From assembly GCA_051294375.1 (NCBI GenBank), contig CM119266.1, forward strand, positions 997,554 to 1,061,553: DNA of 64,000 nucleotides, written 5' to 3'. The notes under the pieces are model-generated. The model did no database searches, was not told the DNA's origin, and saw only the letters and a list, made by a program, of their open reading frames with translations. The stretch is from Paraspadella gotoi. Its lineage: Eukaryota > Animalia > Chaetognatha. Of the stretch, positions 40,716-55,678 are shown piece after piece. A program made the position numbers and the translations under genes. Each line of letters begins with the position of its first letter. Within the stretch, counting starts at the first letter, position 1.

Positions 40716-40787
40716 GCAGCCACCGGGCTAGAACCCTGGACCGTTGGGTTGGGAGGCGAATGACTTGCCTCCGGCAACAATGGCCGC
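40716..40787 (-). mobile_element. tRNA-like (Gly-CCC-like) pseudo-tRNA / SINE head
   Basis: 72 nt; 7-bp acceptor stem gcggcca/tggctgc; tcgcctccca; B-box-like ggttctagccc; anticodon stem not paired. Confidence 0.5.
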
Positions 40788-41000
40788 TGATGAACGGTTG
40801 GCGGATTTTAGTCCACCATAATATAATAATATTAAACGTTACATTTTGAACGTAGCGCCAAAAAAAAAATAACGGCAATTTTAAGTTTTTGAGGTGAATT
40901 GACTTTTTACGTAATCGGACTTATCATTACATAAGGCTACACATAAAGAATCACAACCAGCATTTAACTCATTTGTAAAGTGTTATCGAAAACAATTCAA

Positions 41001-41100
41001 TGAAATTGCTGCAACCAATATAAAAATTATCATTTGATAAATAAGCTATCTTGCCCCTGACTTTGGACAGGCTTCGGTTGTTTAAGGCACCCATCACATC
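41001..41100. mobile_element. Family A repeat, short copy
   Basis: Shared core. Confidence 0.8.
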
Positions 41101-41984
41101 CATCACACTGTTATTTTCTTTTTTCTTATTTTTAAAGCATAAACTTTATGTACAAATCGCCTACCAAATACGTGATTAAGTGACTATACCGGTTTGAAAC
41201 ATACCATAACTTATGGTACGCAACGTGTCTTGATGATCAATGTGTCTAAATTTTATTACAATCGGTCAAGTGGTTTAGGAGATATGATTTTTTAAACTTG
41301 AGTGTGCCAAAACCAATGAAGAAAATCGACTTTTATCTAAAAGCTTCAGAATCATAACAGACCTATCTTTCATCGTATGATTTAATAACCTTAAGATTAT
41401 TATTTAAAGATCTGGGGGAATCCAGTTATCCAGCTATCCCTCCGAATATCCAGTGTAATTTTTTTCATTTTTAATCTATTATAAAAAATAAAAATATCAG
41501 AAAAAAAGATTAATCTTAAATCTATCATATTTTTTCACGTTCAGCTTTGCGGAAGAGTAATATATTTTAAAAAATCACTGCTCCTAAACGGATAGCCCAA
41601 TTTTAATATAATTTATGTCAAACTTATGATCTTTTAATAAATTATATTATTATATTATATTATTTATTTAAAAAAAAACTTTTGCACAGACTGTAGAGCA
41701 ACCAGAGAGTCCGACAGTCCGACAGACCGACAGTCCGACGCAACTCATAATCTCTTTTCTCCGTTCGGTAAATGTCATCCCATCAGTTGGACTACATAAT
41801 TTTTCGAACATGACGGATTGAGTTATGAATATTCCATGAAGCCGTCGGCTTCGCGTTTCTCGATGGAAAACAGGAAATAAACAAAAACCGCGGATTCAAT
41901 TTTAGATTCAGAATGAATTCCTCAAATATTCATCCGCGGTTAATCTGACTCCTTTTGTTGTTCACTCACGTGTGTCTCTTTTCT

Positions 41985-42160
41985 CCCTGTCTCATTTTCT
42001 CTTGTCTCTCTGGCTCTTTTCTGTCTCATTTTCTGTCTCATTTTCTCTTGTCTGTCTGGCTTTTTTCTGTCTCATTTTCTGTCTCATTTTCTCTTGTCTG
42101 TCTGGCTTTTTTCTGTCTCATTTTCTGTCTCATTTTTTCTTGTCTGTCTGGCTTTTTTCT
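41985..42160. repeat. ~45-bp pyrimidine tandem repeat
   Basis: ttttctcttgtctgtctggc...ctgtctca units, about 4 copies. Confidence 0.8.
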
Positions 42161-42227
42161 TGCTTTCTTATTTCTTATTTCTCGATCTGACATAATGAGC
42201 AATGAAGTCATTTATTTTTCCCCCATA

Positions 42228-42291
<64 letters not shown>

Positions 42292-42354
42292 CTCTCTCTC
42301 ACCCAAGCGGCGCCATTAGGCATCCATTCGTCTTCACTCATTTGTTTAGACTCG

Positions 42355-42598
42355 GGAGTGGATGGAGTGGCAGGGTGAGCAGACAGGGTGGAGTGGACAG
42401 GGTTGAGGCAAACAGGGTAGAGTAGCAGGGTGAGGCAGAGAGGGTGGAGTTGCCTGGGTGAGGCAGACAGGTAGCAGTGCAGGGTGAGCAGACTGGTGAG
42501 TGGCAGGGTGAGCAGACAGGGTGGTAGTGGCAGGGTGAGGCAGACAGGGTGGAGTGCAGGGTGAGCGACAGGGTTGGAGTGGCAGGGTGAGGCAGACA
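42355..42598. repeat. G-rich minisatellite gagtggcagggtgag(g)cagacagggtg
   Basis: About 9 degenerate units. Confidence 0.85.
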
Positions 42599-43456
42599 AA
42601 AAACCCACTTGATCACTCTCTCTTTCTTTCCTTTCTTCTTTCAGCTTTATTTTCTTTTTATGTGACACTATAAAAGTCGCATCACTACGAAATGTTCAAG
42701 GGCTTTTCCTCTCCACATTACTTTTATTTTATCTGTGGTCTAATACCAACGCCCCTAAGAACCACCAAAAAATGAGACTTTTTTCAAGATTTCAAGATTC
42801 CAAGTTTTCAGCTGCGTTTAGAGTAGAGTGCCTCCATCTCGTCCTCTTCCTTCTCTCCTTCCCATCACTCCGTCGGAAAAGAAAATATTAATCCGAAAGA
42901 CGCCCTCTCTCCTCCTCCTCTTCCTCCTTCTCCATCCCCACCTCCTTCCCAGCGCCTTCTCCCCCTCGGCTCCAGCTCGGTCCGGGTCAGTTCTTATGAA
43001 CTGGAGTAAATTTGAGAAAGGCCGAGTAAGTTCGAGTCGGAGTAAGTGAAGGTGGAGAGAGAATTATTCTCATAACACAAAGTTTGATAGAGATTTACAT
43101 ATCTAAGTCGATTTAAGGGTTGCGCTCGACATATTTTTTAAAACTGCCTCATTTCAGCTTATATCAAATTAAATTAAGTTAGTTTTAAGGTTTAAAGATT
43201 AAGTTAGTTATTAAAGTTGGTAAGATCGAAAAGGTGATGTACAGTGTACAGTGATGTACAGTGATGTACACTGCTTCGCCATTTCTCTCTCTATATAGTA
43301 TATATCAAATTATCAACTTCTAAAATAAATCCGAAGGACGATCCGAATCGAGGCGAAACTCGATCTCGTCCGCCACGCCCACTCCAACGCGGACACGCCC
43401 ACCGCGGATTCCGGGGACGAAGAGAATCCGTCCGTCAATTTTTCGAAACCACTTCC

Positions 43457-43550
43457 TATAAAAAACCCCGACCACAACTGCTGCCCACATTGGACTCGAT
43501 TTACTTTATAAAAAACCCCGACCACAACTGCTGCCCACATTGACCTCGAT
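43457..43550. repeat. 50-bp-period direct duplication
   Basis: tataaaaaaccccgaccacaactgctgcccacattg occurs twice. Confidence 0.9.
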
Positions 43551-44024
43551 TTCCTTTACTTTTCTCACCCAATGAGAAAACGAGAAATGTCTTCTTTATT
43601 TGCGCTCAACGACTTTGTCCGAATTTCCGGATTGTCACAGCTGCTCTTGGGGAACTTGGGGTCATGGTTTGGGTTCAAATCGAACTTTTATGCCAAGAAG
43701 GAGCCCGCTTTATATGTAATTACCGGGGAATCATTTTGTTCTACTTTAATTATTATTCTTGCTTGCCCAGTTGGTACCATCTTTTTTCCAGGCCAAGCTA
43801 AAATTACCCCCTTCCCTCACGCCATGGGCTCGTGGCTACCCGATTGCCCACATCCCGTTCCCCTTCTTCTTGCAAGTCGGCCCGGGACTTGGCAGAAAAT
43901 CAACAACAACAACAACAATAAAAAAACATCATCTCCGGATGTTTTCCCAATTTTTCTCTCGTTTCTCTTCGCCGGAGCTCAGTGCCGGTACTGTTTGCCG
44001 GAGCTGTTTGACGGAGCTGTTTGT

Positions 44025-44162
44025 CGTAGTCTTTTTGTCGGAGTATCTTTATCCGAGTCTCTTTGTTAAAGTATCTTTGTCGGAGTCTCTTTGTCGGAGT
44101 CTCTTTGTATGAGTCTCTTTGTTAGAGTATCTTTGTCAAAGTATATTTGTTGGACTCTCTTT
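44025..44162. repeat. 14-bp minisatellite gagtctctttgtcg (more units at 44250-44302)
   Basis: About 9 units. Confidence 0.8.
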
Positions 44163-44456
44163 GAGGAAAATATTAGGCCTCGCCTCTTTTTCTTTTTGAA
44201 CGTTCCCTCAATATCTGAGGCCAGTTATAGTAGGGCCACTATTTTTTAGGAGTCTTTTTGGAGTCTCTTTGTAAGAGTCTCTTTGTTAGAGTATTTTTGT
44301 CAAGCCAGGATTTAAGTCTGGAACCAGGTGAAAAAAAAACATCTTGGCTCCAAAAGATGGAATAGAGCGAGAAAACAACAGGATTAGAAATTATGACATT
44401 TGACCATAAATGAAAGCTCATCTCTCTCTCCTCTCTTCTCTCTCCTTCTCTCTCTC

Positions 44457-44506
<50 letters not shown>

Positions 44507-44641
44507 CTCCCACCCTCGGTCTTAGTCGTATCTTCTCTTTCTTTCAATCTTCTTCCTCTTTTTCGTACATCAATGATTCTGCAATCTGCTTTCTTTCTTT
44601 CTTTATCGAGCGGATAATGTCGCTGGGCCAAGCACAGATGA

Positions 44642-44680
<39 letters not shown>

Positions 44681-45211
44681 AGAGCTTTCAGCTCGTCGTT
44701 CTTATGTTGTCCTGGTGAAAATGTTCACAATGTGAAGATTGCTCTTCTTTTTATTCTCCTTTTGATTATCTTCGTCTGTTCACCAATCACGATTAACTTG
44801 TTGCTCTGGATGATTCTATTGACGTCGCCGTTGCTATAGTTACTGTTGTTTTTGTTGCTATTTCTATCTCTTCTGCTGTTTGTATGAATTTATTTTTACC
44901 TTTGTTATATAGTTTTCAGATATTTGACAGATGTTTGCCAAGACAACAACCAAAAGGAAGAGACCTCAAGATTTACGACCAAGAGGCAAAAAGATCCAGC
45001 GGCCAAAGGGGCTCAAACAATATATAGAGGCAACAAAGGCTCTCTCTCGATGAACGAGACGGACAACTACAACAACTAAAACTTGTTAAATGTAATGAAC
45101 TCTTTAGGTTATGTTATCAGTCGAACCGAGGCCAAATTTTACGGTCAGTGACGAAGAAAACATAGAGAAAATCTTTGATCGATCGTGGGAGGCAACGACG
45201 TTAAAGGCCAA

Positions 45212-45268
<57 letters not shown>

Positions 45269-45996
45269 TCGATCCTCTGTTTTCTTCATCTAATCCAAAA
45301 AGAAAAATCTCCTTCGGTCTTTCTGTTCTCTTTCGTCACGAATCGATATTTTATCCTTTACCACATGGGCGATTGTGAATTGGGCTTCTGTGATATGGAC
45401 CTTTGTGATATGGTGATAAAGTGACCCGGCCGTTTGCGAGGTGTGGTGTTTGCGATTATCAATAGGAAATGATGATGTTTCGAGAAAGTTTATCACTTCT
45501 GATTATAGAGACTTGTGATGTGGAAGCTAGCGAAATTGGGGTTTGTGACAGTGATAAGAGGACGCTCCTATGATATCAAGCCGATTGAATCATGATGATT
45601 GCGACAGGGCTCAAGAGAATTGTCGACATTAGCCAGTGACCTAAGCGATAATGAAAAAACGCAACAATAGTTTGAATCAACAAAACAAATAAAAAAACGT
45701 AAACAGAAGAAAGTAAAACTTTTTCTTTTTTTTTCGCCGACAGAGTTTTTGTTTTGGATTCGAGCCTCTAATCTTATCGGGTTTTTTTTCTTACTCACAA
45801 AACCAAAAACCAAACAACCGGGCGACGTCTCGACTGAGGGAGTAGTGGGAGAGAGTGAAGGGATAGAGACAGGGACGGTGGGAGAGAGAACTCTGAGGAC
45901 GAGAGAGAGCGAGAAAGAGGAAGATAAATTCCCCGCTAATGACTGATTCTTACGCCCCGACGATTTTCGCTCTAGATAAAAACGACATTTTGCGGT

Positions 45997-46048
<52 letters not shown>

Positions 46049-47689
46049 GACCCAGACTCGATAGAAAAGCAATCAGTGAATCGGCGACCGAAGATTTTCG
46101 CATGCGACATTTGACCTTTGATCCTGGGTTCGTGACCGGGACCCGTATGTCCCTAGTCTCGATTGAATTGAAAAGCAAATCGCAGATCGCAGGGACTACG
46201 GCTCACGTCCGACCCTTGCGGTCCCTGTGGTTGAAGGAAATCAATCACTCGCAATCATCAGTTAAAGATTCACTCAGATTCACCAGGGTTCACTGAACTT
46301 TGGCTCGTGATCAGACTTTTGATTCCGAGATTCAATGTTGAGGCGGAAAATGTCTCGAATTTACGTTAAGTTCTTGAGCTTCAATCACTCAAAACATTTG
46401 CGCTCTTGGCGGAGATTTATGGCAGAGAGGATTTAAATTATCGTTTGGGTTTCTGCCTCCTCGACCGCAGAAATCAATAAAGAATGGAGCAATGAATTTC
46501 GTCTGGTAGAAGTAGGATGAGGGAGTCAAACTGCAATGTCCGCTACAAGACTTCCTTTTTCAACTTTACAGAATTATCCAAAGGATAACAACAACTGAAG
46601 GATCGAGTAAAAGCGACTGCTCCAGAGCCACGCGAGTCTTTTCATCTTCCCAAACTCAATTGTTCGATGTTCATTTGTCGCAATTCCCTCGCCGATGACC
46701 CAACCTGCCCTCTATTGAATAAATGCAAAAAATTCATCCGTGAACGGCGTTATTGATCCAGGCACTTGTTCCTTCCCACGATCATTATAAATCATAATAC
46801 TTCTCTAATTCCCATCTAATGAAGAGGACATGCTCCCATCATAAGAAAAGTCATTAACCTTTCCTCTCCACTCTCAAACCAGTAACAATCTCCACACTCA
46901 CCTCAAGAGAAAGAAAAAATCGGTTCCTTTTTTTCTTTTCTTTTTTTTCCTCCGATTTTCTTTTTTCTTTTCTTTCCTCCGTCGAGGGTGAAGGGGATCG
47001 ACGAAAGAGAGAGAGGCGCTCCACCCAAACCCTTCGTTTTAACCCGCCGCCATTCTTGGGAATTTCGGGGTCGCTCTGTCGGAAAAAGGGCAAGGAGAAA
47101 AATTGAGAGTTAATTTGAAGTTATGCTATGTTCATGTTATATAAATACGACATCCCTCTCCCCACCATATTACAAATATATTAAGTAAAATTATTAATCA
47201 GACTTAATATTATATTTAATATATTTAACTTTTTATGATGACTTTAAAATTTATTTTAATATAGTAGTAATCTTTTAATTGTCATGCAATATTTTAAATT
47301 TTTAGCAAAGTGTTTCCGGATTGATTTATCCGTTCAACTTCAAACGATTTCTATAATCGCTAAATGTCGTTTTCAAATTTTAAGTTATTCTGTAAAATTT
47401 AATTTGATTTAAATTTTAATTTCATTTTCCTCTCTTCAAATTTCTTTCATGAGTTGAAAACAAAAAAGGAAAGTGGAGTCAAAAATTCCGCTTTTTTGGT
47501 CCTAAACATTTCGCTCATTTTCTGCCGCCAAATTCTTTCCTTTCTCTTTCACCTCTCTTCCCTATCAACTTCGCCCCTGTCTCTCTCTCTCTCCCGTTTA
47601 TTGTCACTGTCATCCTCCCAACTTATATTTTTTATCCTTTTCCTTTCTAGTTCTTTCTCTCTTCCACTCTCTTTTCCTTTCTTTCTCAT

Positions 47690-48155
47690 CCTCTTCTCTT
47701 CTCCGGCCTTCCCTTTTCCTCCCTCTCCCTCTCTCTTCTCCCCAACTTCCTTTTCCTCCCTCTCTTCTCCCGAGCCTCTCCTTTTCCTCCCTCTCCTCTC
47801 TCTCTTCTCCCCAAATTCCTTTTCCTCCCTCTCTTCTCCCAGCCTCCCTTTCCTCCCTCTCCTCCCTCCTTCTCCCCAACTTCCTTTTCCTCCCTCTCTT
47901 TCTCCCCAGCCTCCCTTTTCCTCCCTCTCCTCTCTCTCTTCTCCCCAACTTCCTTTTCCTCCCTCTCTTCTCCCCAGCTTCCCTTTCTCCTCCTCTCCTC
48001 CCTCTCTTCTCCCAGCCTCCCTTTTCCTCCCTCTCCTCCCTCTCCTCCCTCTATTCTCCCCATCTTCCTTTTTCCTCCTTTCCTCCCTCTCCTCTCTCTC
48101 TTCTCCCCAGCCTCCTTTTTACTTCCTCTCCTCTCTCTCTTTCCTTTCCTTTTTT
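47690..48155. repeat. Polypyrimidine/polypurine low-complexity tract
   Basis: Almost only C/T on the + strand. Confidence 0.9.
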
Positions 48156-48299
48156 TCCCATAGAAATCGTCGGCTCAGCGAAGAAATGAGGAGATATTTT
48201 GAGAAACAGGAGAATCGCGATTCAATCCCGAGTTGACCCTTGAGAGTTGTTAGAGAGAGAGAGAGAGGGAGAGAGAGAGAGAGAGAGAGGGAGAGGGAA

Positions 48300-48339
<40 letters not shown>

Positions 48340-48479
48340 CTTTTCTGACCGAAATTGAATAGATTTTTTAAATCCTTGGTGGGGAAAAGTCAGCGACCTT
48401 TTGGTTCCATGGAAGTCTTACTTCTCTTAAATGTGTTTCTATTAAATCATTGCGCACTATATTTGTGTGAAATTGGTAC

Positions 48480-48713
48480 ATTGGTACAACCAATAGAAAA
48501 TTATCCATTCATTTAAAAAAAAGCTATCTTGCCCCTGACTTTGGACAGGCTATGTTGGTTTAAGGCCTCCATCACTCTTACAAGATAATGACATAGCCCG
48601 TCCCTGTAAGCTTTCAATCAAGATTCTCTCACAGTCTCGTTTATTCACTGCCAGAGTAACTGGCTTTCATATCAATGAAATGGTATAATATTTCAAAAAA
48701 TATTTCAATTGTA
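48480..48713. mobile_element. Family A repeat, long copy
   Basis: Shared core plus extension. Confidence 0.85.
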
Positions 48714-49939
48714 TTAAAGAAGTATTAGATCGTGAAATATTTTTTTAAGGCAGTATGTCGGTTTGTCGTCGTCTTTGTCGTCGTCTTCGTCATTTGGGTC
48801 GCTACTCAATGGAGGAAAAATGAAACGATGACGCCACAAAAAGCTGCCGAGAGGAAAAGTTGTCTGTGAAATTAAACATTGTCGTCTAAAAGTAAAGAAG
48901 ACAACATGGAACGATTCAATGACGGCGAAATGGAACCAAAGCCGCGAAATGGAAAGATAGAGACCAGAAATGGAAAGGTCGAGGCGCGGAAGGGAATCGA
49001 ATCCCGGAAAGAAACTTGGACTCGGAATTCGTTTCCATTCATTTCGAGCGAAAAAGGGATCGCGACATCCGACTCGATGGCATTTGTCATTGTCCGAGAG
49101 AGTCTCGGCGAGAGTTGTACTCTCTCGTCGGATCGACTCGCTATCTTTCTCATTCGCGAACACTTCGTTGTACTAGAAGGCTATTTTAGAGTTTCCGTCT
49201 TTGTGATCGGTTGACTTCGTCGTTGTCGTCGTCGTCGTCGTCGTTAGCTTTAACGTCATTCCCATCGTAGTTTACTTTTTTTTTGGGAAGGTCAAGAATT
49301 CCATCGTTCTCGATTTTCCTAATCGTTGAAATATTCCTTATTATTTTTTTTTGTTCTTTCAGTTATCATTCTCATCATGAATGTCATCGTCGACATCATC
49401 CCTATTTTCTAGTTCTTACTGTTTTTGCTTCACGATTTTCATCGTCCTTGTATTGCACATGGAAAGATAGGTGGCGGAGGTAATTGTGCAAAATTCCCAG
49501 GTGAGCCATCGCGCAAAGAGTGGCAAGAAAATTAGAAAAAAAGCATAGCACGTAATCTGAGGCGTGATATTATAAAAACACGTTGTAAAGTACCTTAACA
49601 AGAAACAAAATCCAGTAATATTTAAAAAAAAATTTTTATTCTCTCCATGAAATTGTCGAGTATTCCTTTTTTTAATCGCTGGTCGGGAAAAAAATTTGAC
49701 TTCCTCAGTTGTACACTGGGTTGCCAAATGGGCGTGTCCCTATGGAAAGCGGCGGAACTGCAAGGGACCCCGAGGGTACCTCAGCAAAAGAAAGGGGGGG
49801 CAAGGGTGGCTTTGGGCGGGAAAACCTCGAACGACCTTTTAAAGAGAAAGGAAATCGTTTGATCTCTCCGAAATGGAATTTGCGACGCATAGGGAGGAGA
49901 GAGAGGAGAGGGAGAGAGAGAGAGGGAGGAGAGAGAGAG

Positions 49940-50000
<61 letters not shown>

Positions 50001-50478
50001 AGAGAAGAGAGAGAGAGAGCGTGACAGTTCTTCAAAGAACGTGACGGGAAAAAAGAATGAGAAGACTTATAACTTATAAGAGTCTTGTGACAGGTAAACA
50101 AAAGCGAGGAAGCCATGATTTCGATGAACACCACGATTTTATAATTTTTTTTGTTATCTTTTTTTTTCTTTTCCTTTTTCTTTATCCTCGCCTTTCTTTC
50201 TTTCATTCAAACCGTAAAGTATATTGAAAACTTAACCAAATCCTTTCCATGTCAAGCTTTACGTAATAAACACTTCATAGTTTTAATTTAAATAATTCAT
50301 GTGTCCCAAACTTTTTACTCACGTGGTTATATTCATCATTTTTATTCTAACAAACAAACTGTGAACAAGAGTGAACATCATCTCCAAGTCAAACGACGCC
50401 TGGCTCCCGAGAGACTCGTGAAGGGCCCCGGGACAAGGTTCCCGAGATTGACACAGCAAGGTACCCACCCGCAGGACG

Positions 50479-50566
<88 letters not shown>

Positions 50567-50639
50567 CATCGACCGACTTTCTCTTTTCGAGATAAAATAA
50601 CATTGACGCTGAAAGGAAACTTCCGGTCTCGTCGAAAGA

Positions 50640-50677
<38 letters not shown>

Positions 50678-51668
50678 TAATTACTAGAACTACGACGAAG
50701 TAGACGGAAGCGAATAAGATCCCTTCGAGCAAGACGACGATGACGACGATGACGAAAATAACCAGAATAAGCATTAAGACGAATGCGTCGGTGATGAAAA
50801 CGATCCTCACAACGGAGTCAGTCTCGTCAGGTGAGAATGTATGAAGGGGGCGACGCGAGGATGAGGGAGGGGGGCTGGGGGCGTGGCTCGAGATGAGAGA
50901 CGAAGAAACTCGAAACATCAAATCGCGACGAGTGAGAAAACGATCTCTCTCTCTCTCTCTCTCTCTACTCTACACCAAAACAGCTTAATGGAATGGAGGA
51001 ACTGCATATTGAATGACGAAAAAACATGATACAAAACAACAACAACGACAGTGAACGTATTGAAAAATGTAATGTTTTTTTGTGTGTTTTGATTACGCCA
51101 TACGGGTCAAATAGCATGGGCATTGGGCATTGGGCAATGATTACGCAACTTGCGCCAAAATTTCATGACGTTGATTACGGCACACAAGCAAATACACAGA
51201 GGGATTTTCATACCAGATGCGCCAGATTTCCGTCACATTACGTCTCAAATATCCGTAGGGTTGAATCGTCAAACAGGCCCAATCTCTGTGCCTTTGATTG
51301 CGTCACGCGCGAAGAATCCAGCGACACGAAGCTGCGCTGCTCGATTGGGAGACAGAGAGGGCGCCACGCGTCATTTGTCACGAATTTTCGTTTCCATTTA
51401 CGGCGAATGCGACTCCCACGGAAATTGGTTCGCATTGCTTGAGAGTGCACGAGTGAATGTATAATTGTCAAGGAATGTCAGTAGTGAAGCCAACGTTTAA
51501 ACTCACAAACCAGTGAAATATATAAAATCAAACTGATTAAATTTCTTTTGTGATGACTCAAGACAGCCGAGACAAGCTTTTGTGATTGTATCATCTTTCG
51601 ACAAAGCAAGCTTTAAAATGTATCATCTTTCGAATTTTTCGATAAAACCAGGAAAACTGGAATCTAAT

Positions 51669-51784
<116 letters not shown>

Positions 51785-54700
51785 GAGCAGCGGACGGGGG
51801 ATGTGAAGGGATATTCGAGAGTCAAAATTTAGTCGTCGTCGTCGTCGTCACCATTTTTGACACGGATCGTAAATCCCGGGTGAGATGACTGTCGTTGTTA
51901 TTGCTGTCGTTGAAACTTGATCGACAATGAAAAAAAATTATAACAACAACAACGAACGACATCGAGAAGAACAATAAACAGCCCTAGACACAGACTAGAA
52001 TCGAAATCTTAAAAATCTTGAAAGTTTTTCTACAAAAAAAATAAAATTTTATAAAAAAAAAAAATTAAACGTATGTTCGACATTAAATTATTCCTTCGGG
52101 AGTGAGATTAAAGGAGGGGAAAGGAGGGGAAAGGAGGGGAAAGGAGGGGAAAAGAGCCCGAGAAGGGTGTGGAAGAGGACGATAGACGCCCCGGCGCGAA
52201 AGGAACGTCCGTGGGGGCGTATTGCGATGAGAGGGTAGCGTCCAGGGAAACAGAAAAAAATAAGAAGAAATGAGATTATTAAAGATGATTAATGAAGGAT
52301 AGAGTAAGGGGTAAGTATGAGGAGGAATTAAAGGCTGAGGTGAGAGGGATGTCTAGGAAAAGGGTTAGCTGAAAATTATAAAAAAACTGAAAACTGAAAA
52401 AGCTGAAAACTGTCAAAGAAAACAAAAAGAAGAAGAAAGAAAACTTTAAAAAGGAAAGAAAAAGTCGAAATGAAAAAAAAAATAAACCAAACTTTTTTCT
52501 TCCAGTTTTAAAGTTTGTCGTCCAAATATTTTGAAAAATGGATGCGAAAGAATAAACAGAATAAAAATTGAGTCTCGCTGGCGGAAAGTTTATTAACTAT
52601 ATAATCGGGAAAAGGAGGTTATATAACCTATATGAGGTCTAAAAGCGATTTGAAAATAAACTTTTAATAGTATAAGACGAGTTTGATTTTATGATAAATT
52701 GTGTCAAAAAAAATCGTTATTATCATTTTTTTTTATTCATTTTTTTGCAAAAGCGGATAATATTTCACGGCTTGATTTCAAATATTGCCGCCTTTTCTTT
52801 AATAATTCGAATTAGATCGTCGATCAAAGAAAACATGAAATTTATTTCGCCAATGCGTTACTCGAATTCCAATGACTCGGCCCACCATTCGGAGAAAGGG
52901 GTTCGCGAATTATGAGCATTATTGGCTCAAGCTTTGCTCATGTTCGGAACATACTAGAGGGATTGGCCCAAAGTTTTGGGTGCAGTTTTATAGAATAGTC
53001 CATACTCGAATTCCCCAATAGGCCTGGTTTTGGTAAACTTTGTAATTTAGTGACTGATACCCAAGTTTTGATCTGCGTCTATTTTATTTACAAGAAAAAA
53101 ATATATATACGAGTCAAATCGTAACTGCATGTTAACTTAGAATTCAGTCTTAACACAGATGTAAAGTAGAAATACCAGATGCTTCATCAATAAAGAAAAT
53201 AATTTTAACGATGTAGAGACGAAGAAAACTTTACACATTCGAAAATATTTGTTGCGGCCAGTGAGACACAGTTGATAGTTGCAACTGTGGGAGTTGAATG
53301 TAGTTTTTGCGTGTCGTGAAATCCATCACGAACAAATAGGTGAGCCAAGAAAAAATCGATACGAGACGGAGTCGAACAAATCGATCGCGGTCATGTCATG
53401 TGAAGTCATGTCATGTTAAGTCATGTCAAGTAAAGACGATCTCAGGCGATTCGATTGAAAAGGAGCAATATGTATTAACTCTGAGTTATTAGTTTTAACA
53501 GTACAAAAAGGTCGAAAAATTTTAACTTTATTATATCCAAAGACTTAAAACGGCAAGGTAAAAAAAAAAGATTGTGAGCGATACTCACATGAGCGGTTGG
53601 CCGTCGGTGGTGATGGTGATTCGGCCCGAGTTTGAATGAAGAGAGAAAAATCTGCGAAAGACCGAAACTTCGAACCAAATCATTTTTTATTTCTTTTTTT
53701 CTTTCTTTCTTTAATTTATTTAAGCGGCGATCGAGAAAAACATCTGGGTCAAAACCTCATCGGAATAGTGGTCGAGGTCATAAGTTTTGAGTCATTATGG
53801 AAATTATACATAATCTGGTTAATAAAATCGACTGAATTTGTGGGTTTTTGGGGTTTTTGTTATTTTTAATTCTTTTTATTTTTTTTTGATAGAGCTCGGG
53901 GGGAAAAAAGCAGTCGGTGTCTCAACAGAACTTCGGCTCGGGCGGCAATTAGGGGCAGTAAAACGAAACCAAAAAAAAAATTGGTAGTAAAAAATACAAT
54001 AACTGCCACTATTTTTCTCGGCCTAAATCAGTTCAATTTATTTACATCAGAAAACAAAAGTTAAAATGTGAAAATTTAGGCAGCCGAACACTGGAGTCAG
54101 AAACATCGATAGTTGCCATGGAAACTGTTCACCTCGCTCAAGAATTAAATGAGAAACCTTTTCACAAAAAACAAATAGACCTGGGCAAAGAAAAAGACGA
54201 TAAAAATCTTCCGCTGACCGTCAAAGGTCGAGGGGAAAAAAAGGTAACAAGGTCAAACGACGAAAAGGATTTTTTCGATATATTTCGAATTTAAGTAGAG
54301 AGGAATGTTGAAGAGTTCTTTGCAGTGTTTTTGTGAGATTTCGTAGACAAAGACACTTTACTTCTCTGACGTAACTGTTAAAACCAGATTTATTCCTTTA
54401 CGATCGTTACATCTTTACATCGTTAGTCTATTTAATTTTAAGAAAGTTTGTTTTTAACCATTTAAAGAATAAAACTAAAGAATTGACGCCGACGATGAAA
54501 AGGAAGACCAACCGAATGTGGAAATTCCCCAAGATGTCGCCCAACGAGGAGAATCGACTCGTCACCTACGAAATTACGGTGATACGGGTTTTCCACGGGG
54601 AAAATTTAAATTTACACATGCGGTATTTGTAAGTTTTATAGCTTTTAGTTTAAAGTTATTAATCACGTTTGCTTTGAAACCGAAAATTAGTATATGTGTA

Positions 54701-55343
54701 TTTTGAAGAGATTTAACAAGCCAGATTCCACTATAACAAAAGGCCCTTTCGTAAGACATAGAAATATCGATTCTGCAATGAGTAAGTTCAAGAAGGAATT
54801 AAGGTAAGGTCAAATTTCAACCGATAATGTTATCTACTATCGACGTTTTTTTTTCTTTCTTTCCTTTTTTTACTTTGGTGTAAACGAGGTAAGGATGAGT
54901 TTGGGAGAGTCAAAGGTTCAACTTTGGGTCAGTTTGGATCGCCGATGGGTCGTCTCGTGGCGGCAAAGACCTTACTTTTTCCTTACTTATTTAGAAAGAC
55001 TGGGCGATCAAAGAACGGCACTTTGCCAACATACCCGAAGGAAAGTTGCAGTCCAATTTCGGCACGGTTGATCTCGATCGGCGGGAGACGGTCTTCTCTG
55101 CGGCGCCGAAAAGGGTGAGCGTCACTTCCTCTTATTTACATAACAAATTAAGCAAAATTCATTCTCTTTAATCTTCAAATTGCTTAATGTGCAATTGTGC
55201 ATTGATGTAAAAATTATCGCTAAAAGCTAATCTTCTTCTTTGATAACTGGCATGATAAGCTTATACGACTATTACTATTACTATTACGAGGGTTTCGTCA
55301 AAATTCCGTCTTATTCCTTATAGATTTAGGAATTATGACCGGG

Positions 55344-55678
55344 GACCGACCGACCGACCGACCGACCGGACGACCGACCGACCGAGCGACGACCGACCGA
55401 CCGACCGGACGAACCGACCGACGACCGACCGACCGACCGACCGACCGACCCGACGACCGACGACGACCGACGACGACCGACCGACGACGACGACCGATCG
55501 GACCGACCGACGACCGACCGACCGACCGACGAGACCGACCGACCCGACACGACCGACCGACGACCGACTCGACCGACCGGACCGGACCGACGCCGACCGC
55601 ACGACGCCGACCGACCGGACCGACCGACCGACCGACCGACCGGACCGACCGACCGACGACCGACGACCGACCGGACCC
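55344..55678. repeat. (GACC)n/(GAC)n compound microsatellite
   Basis: Direct reading. Confidence 0.95.

Noticed and set aside
40716-40787. Functional tRNA-Gly gene
   Set aside because: Anticodon and D stems do not pair and the T-loop is degenerate.
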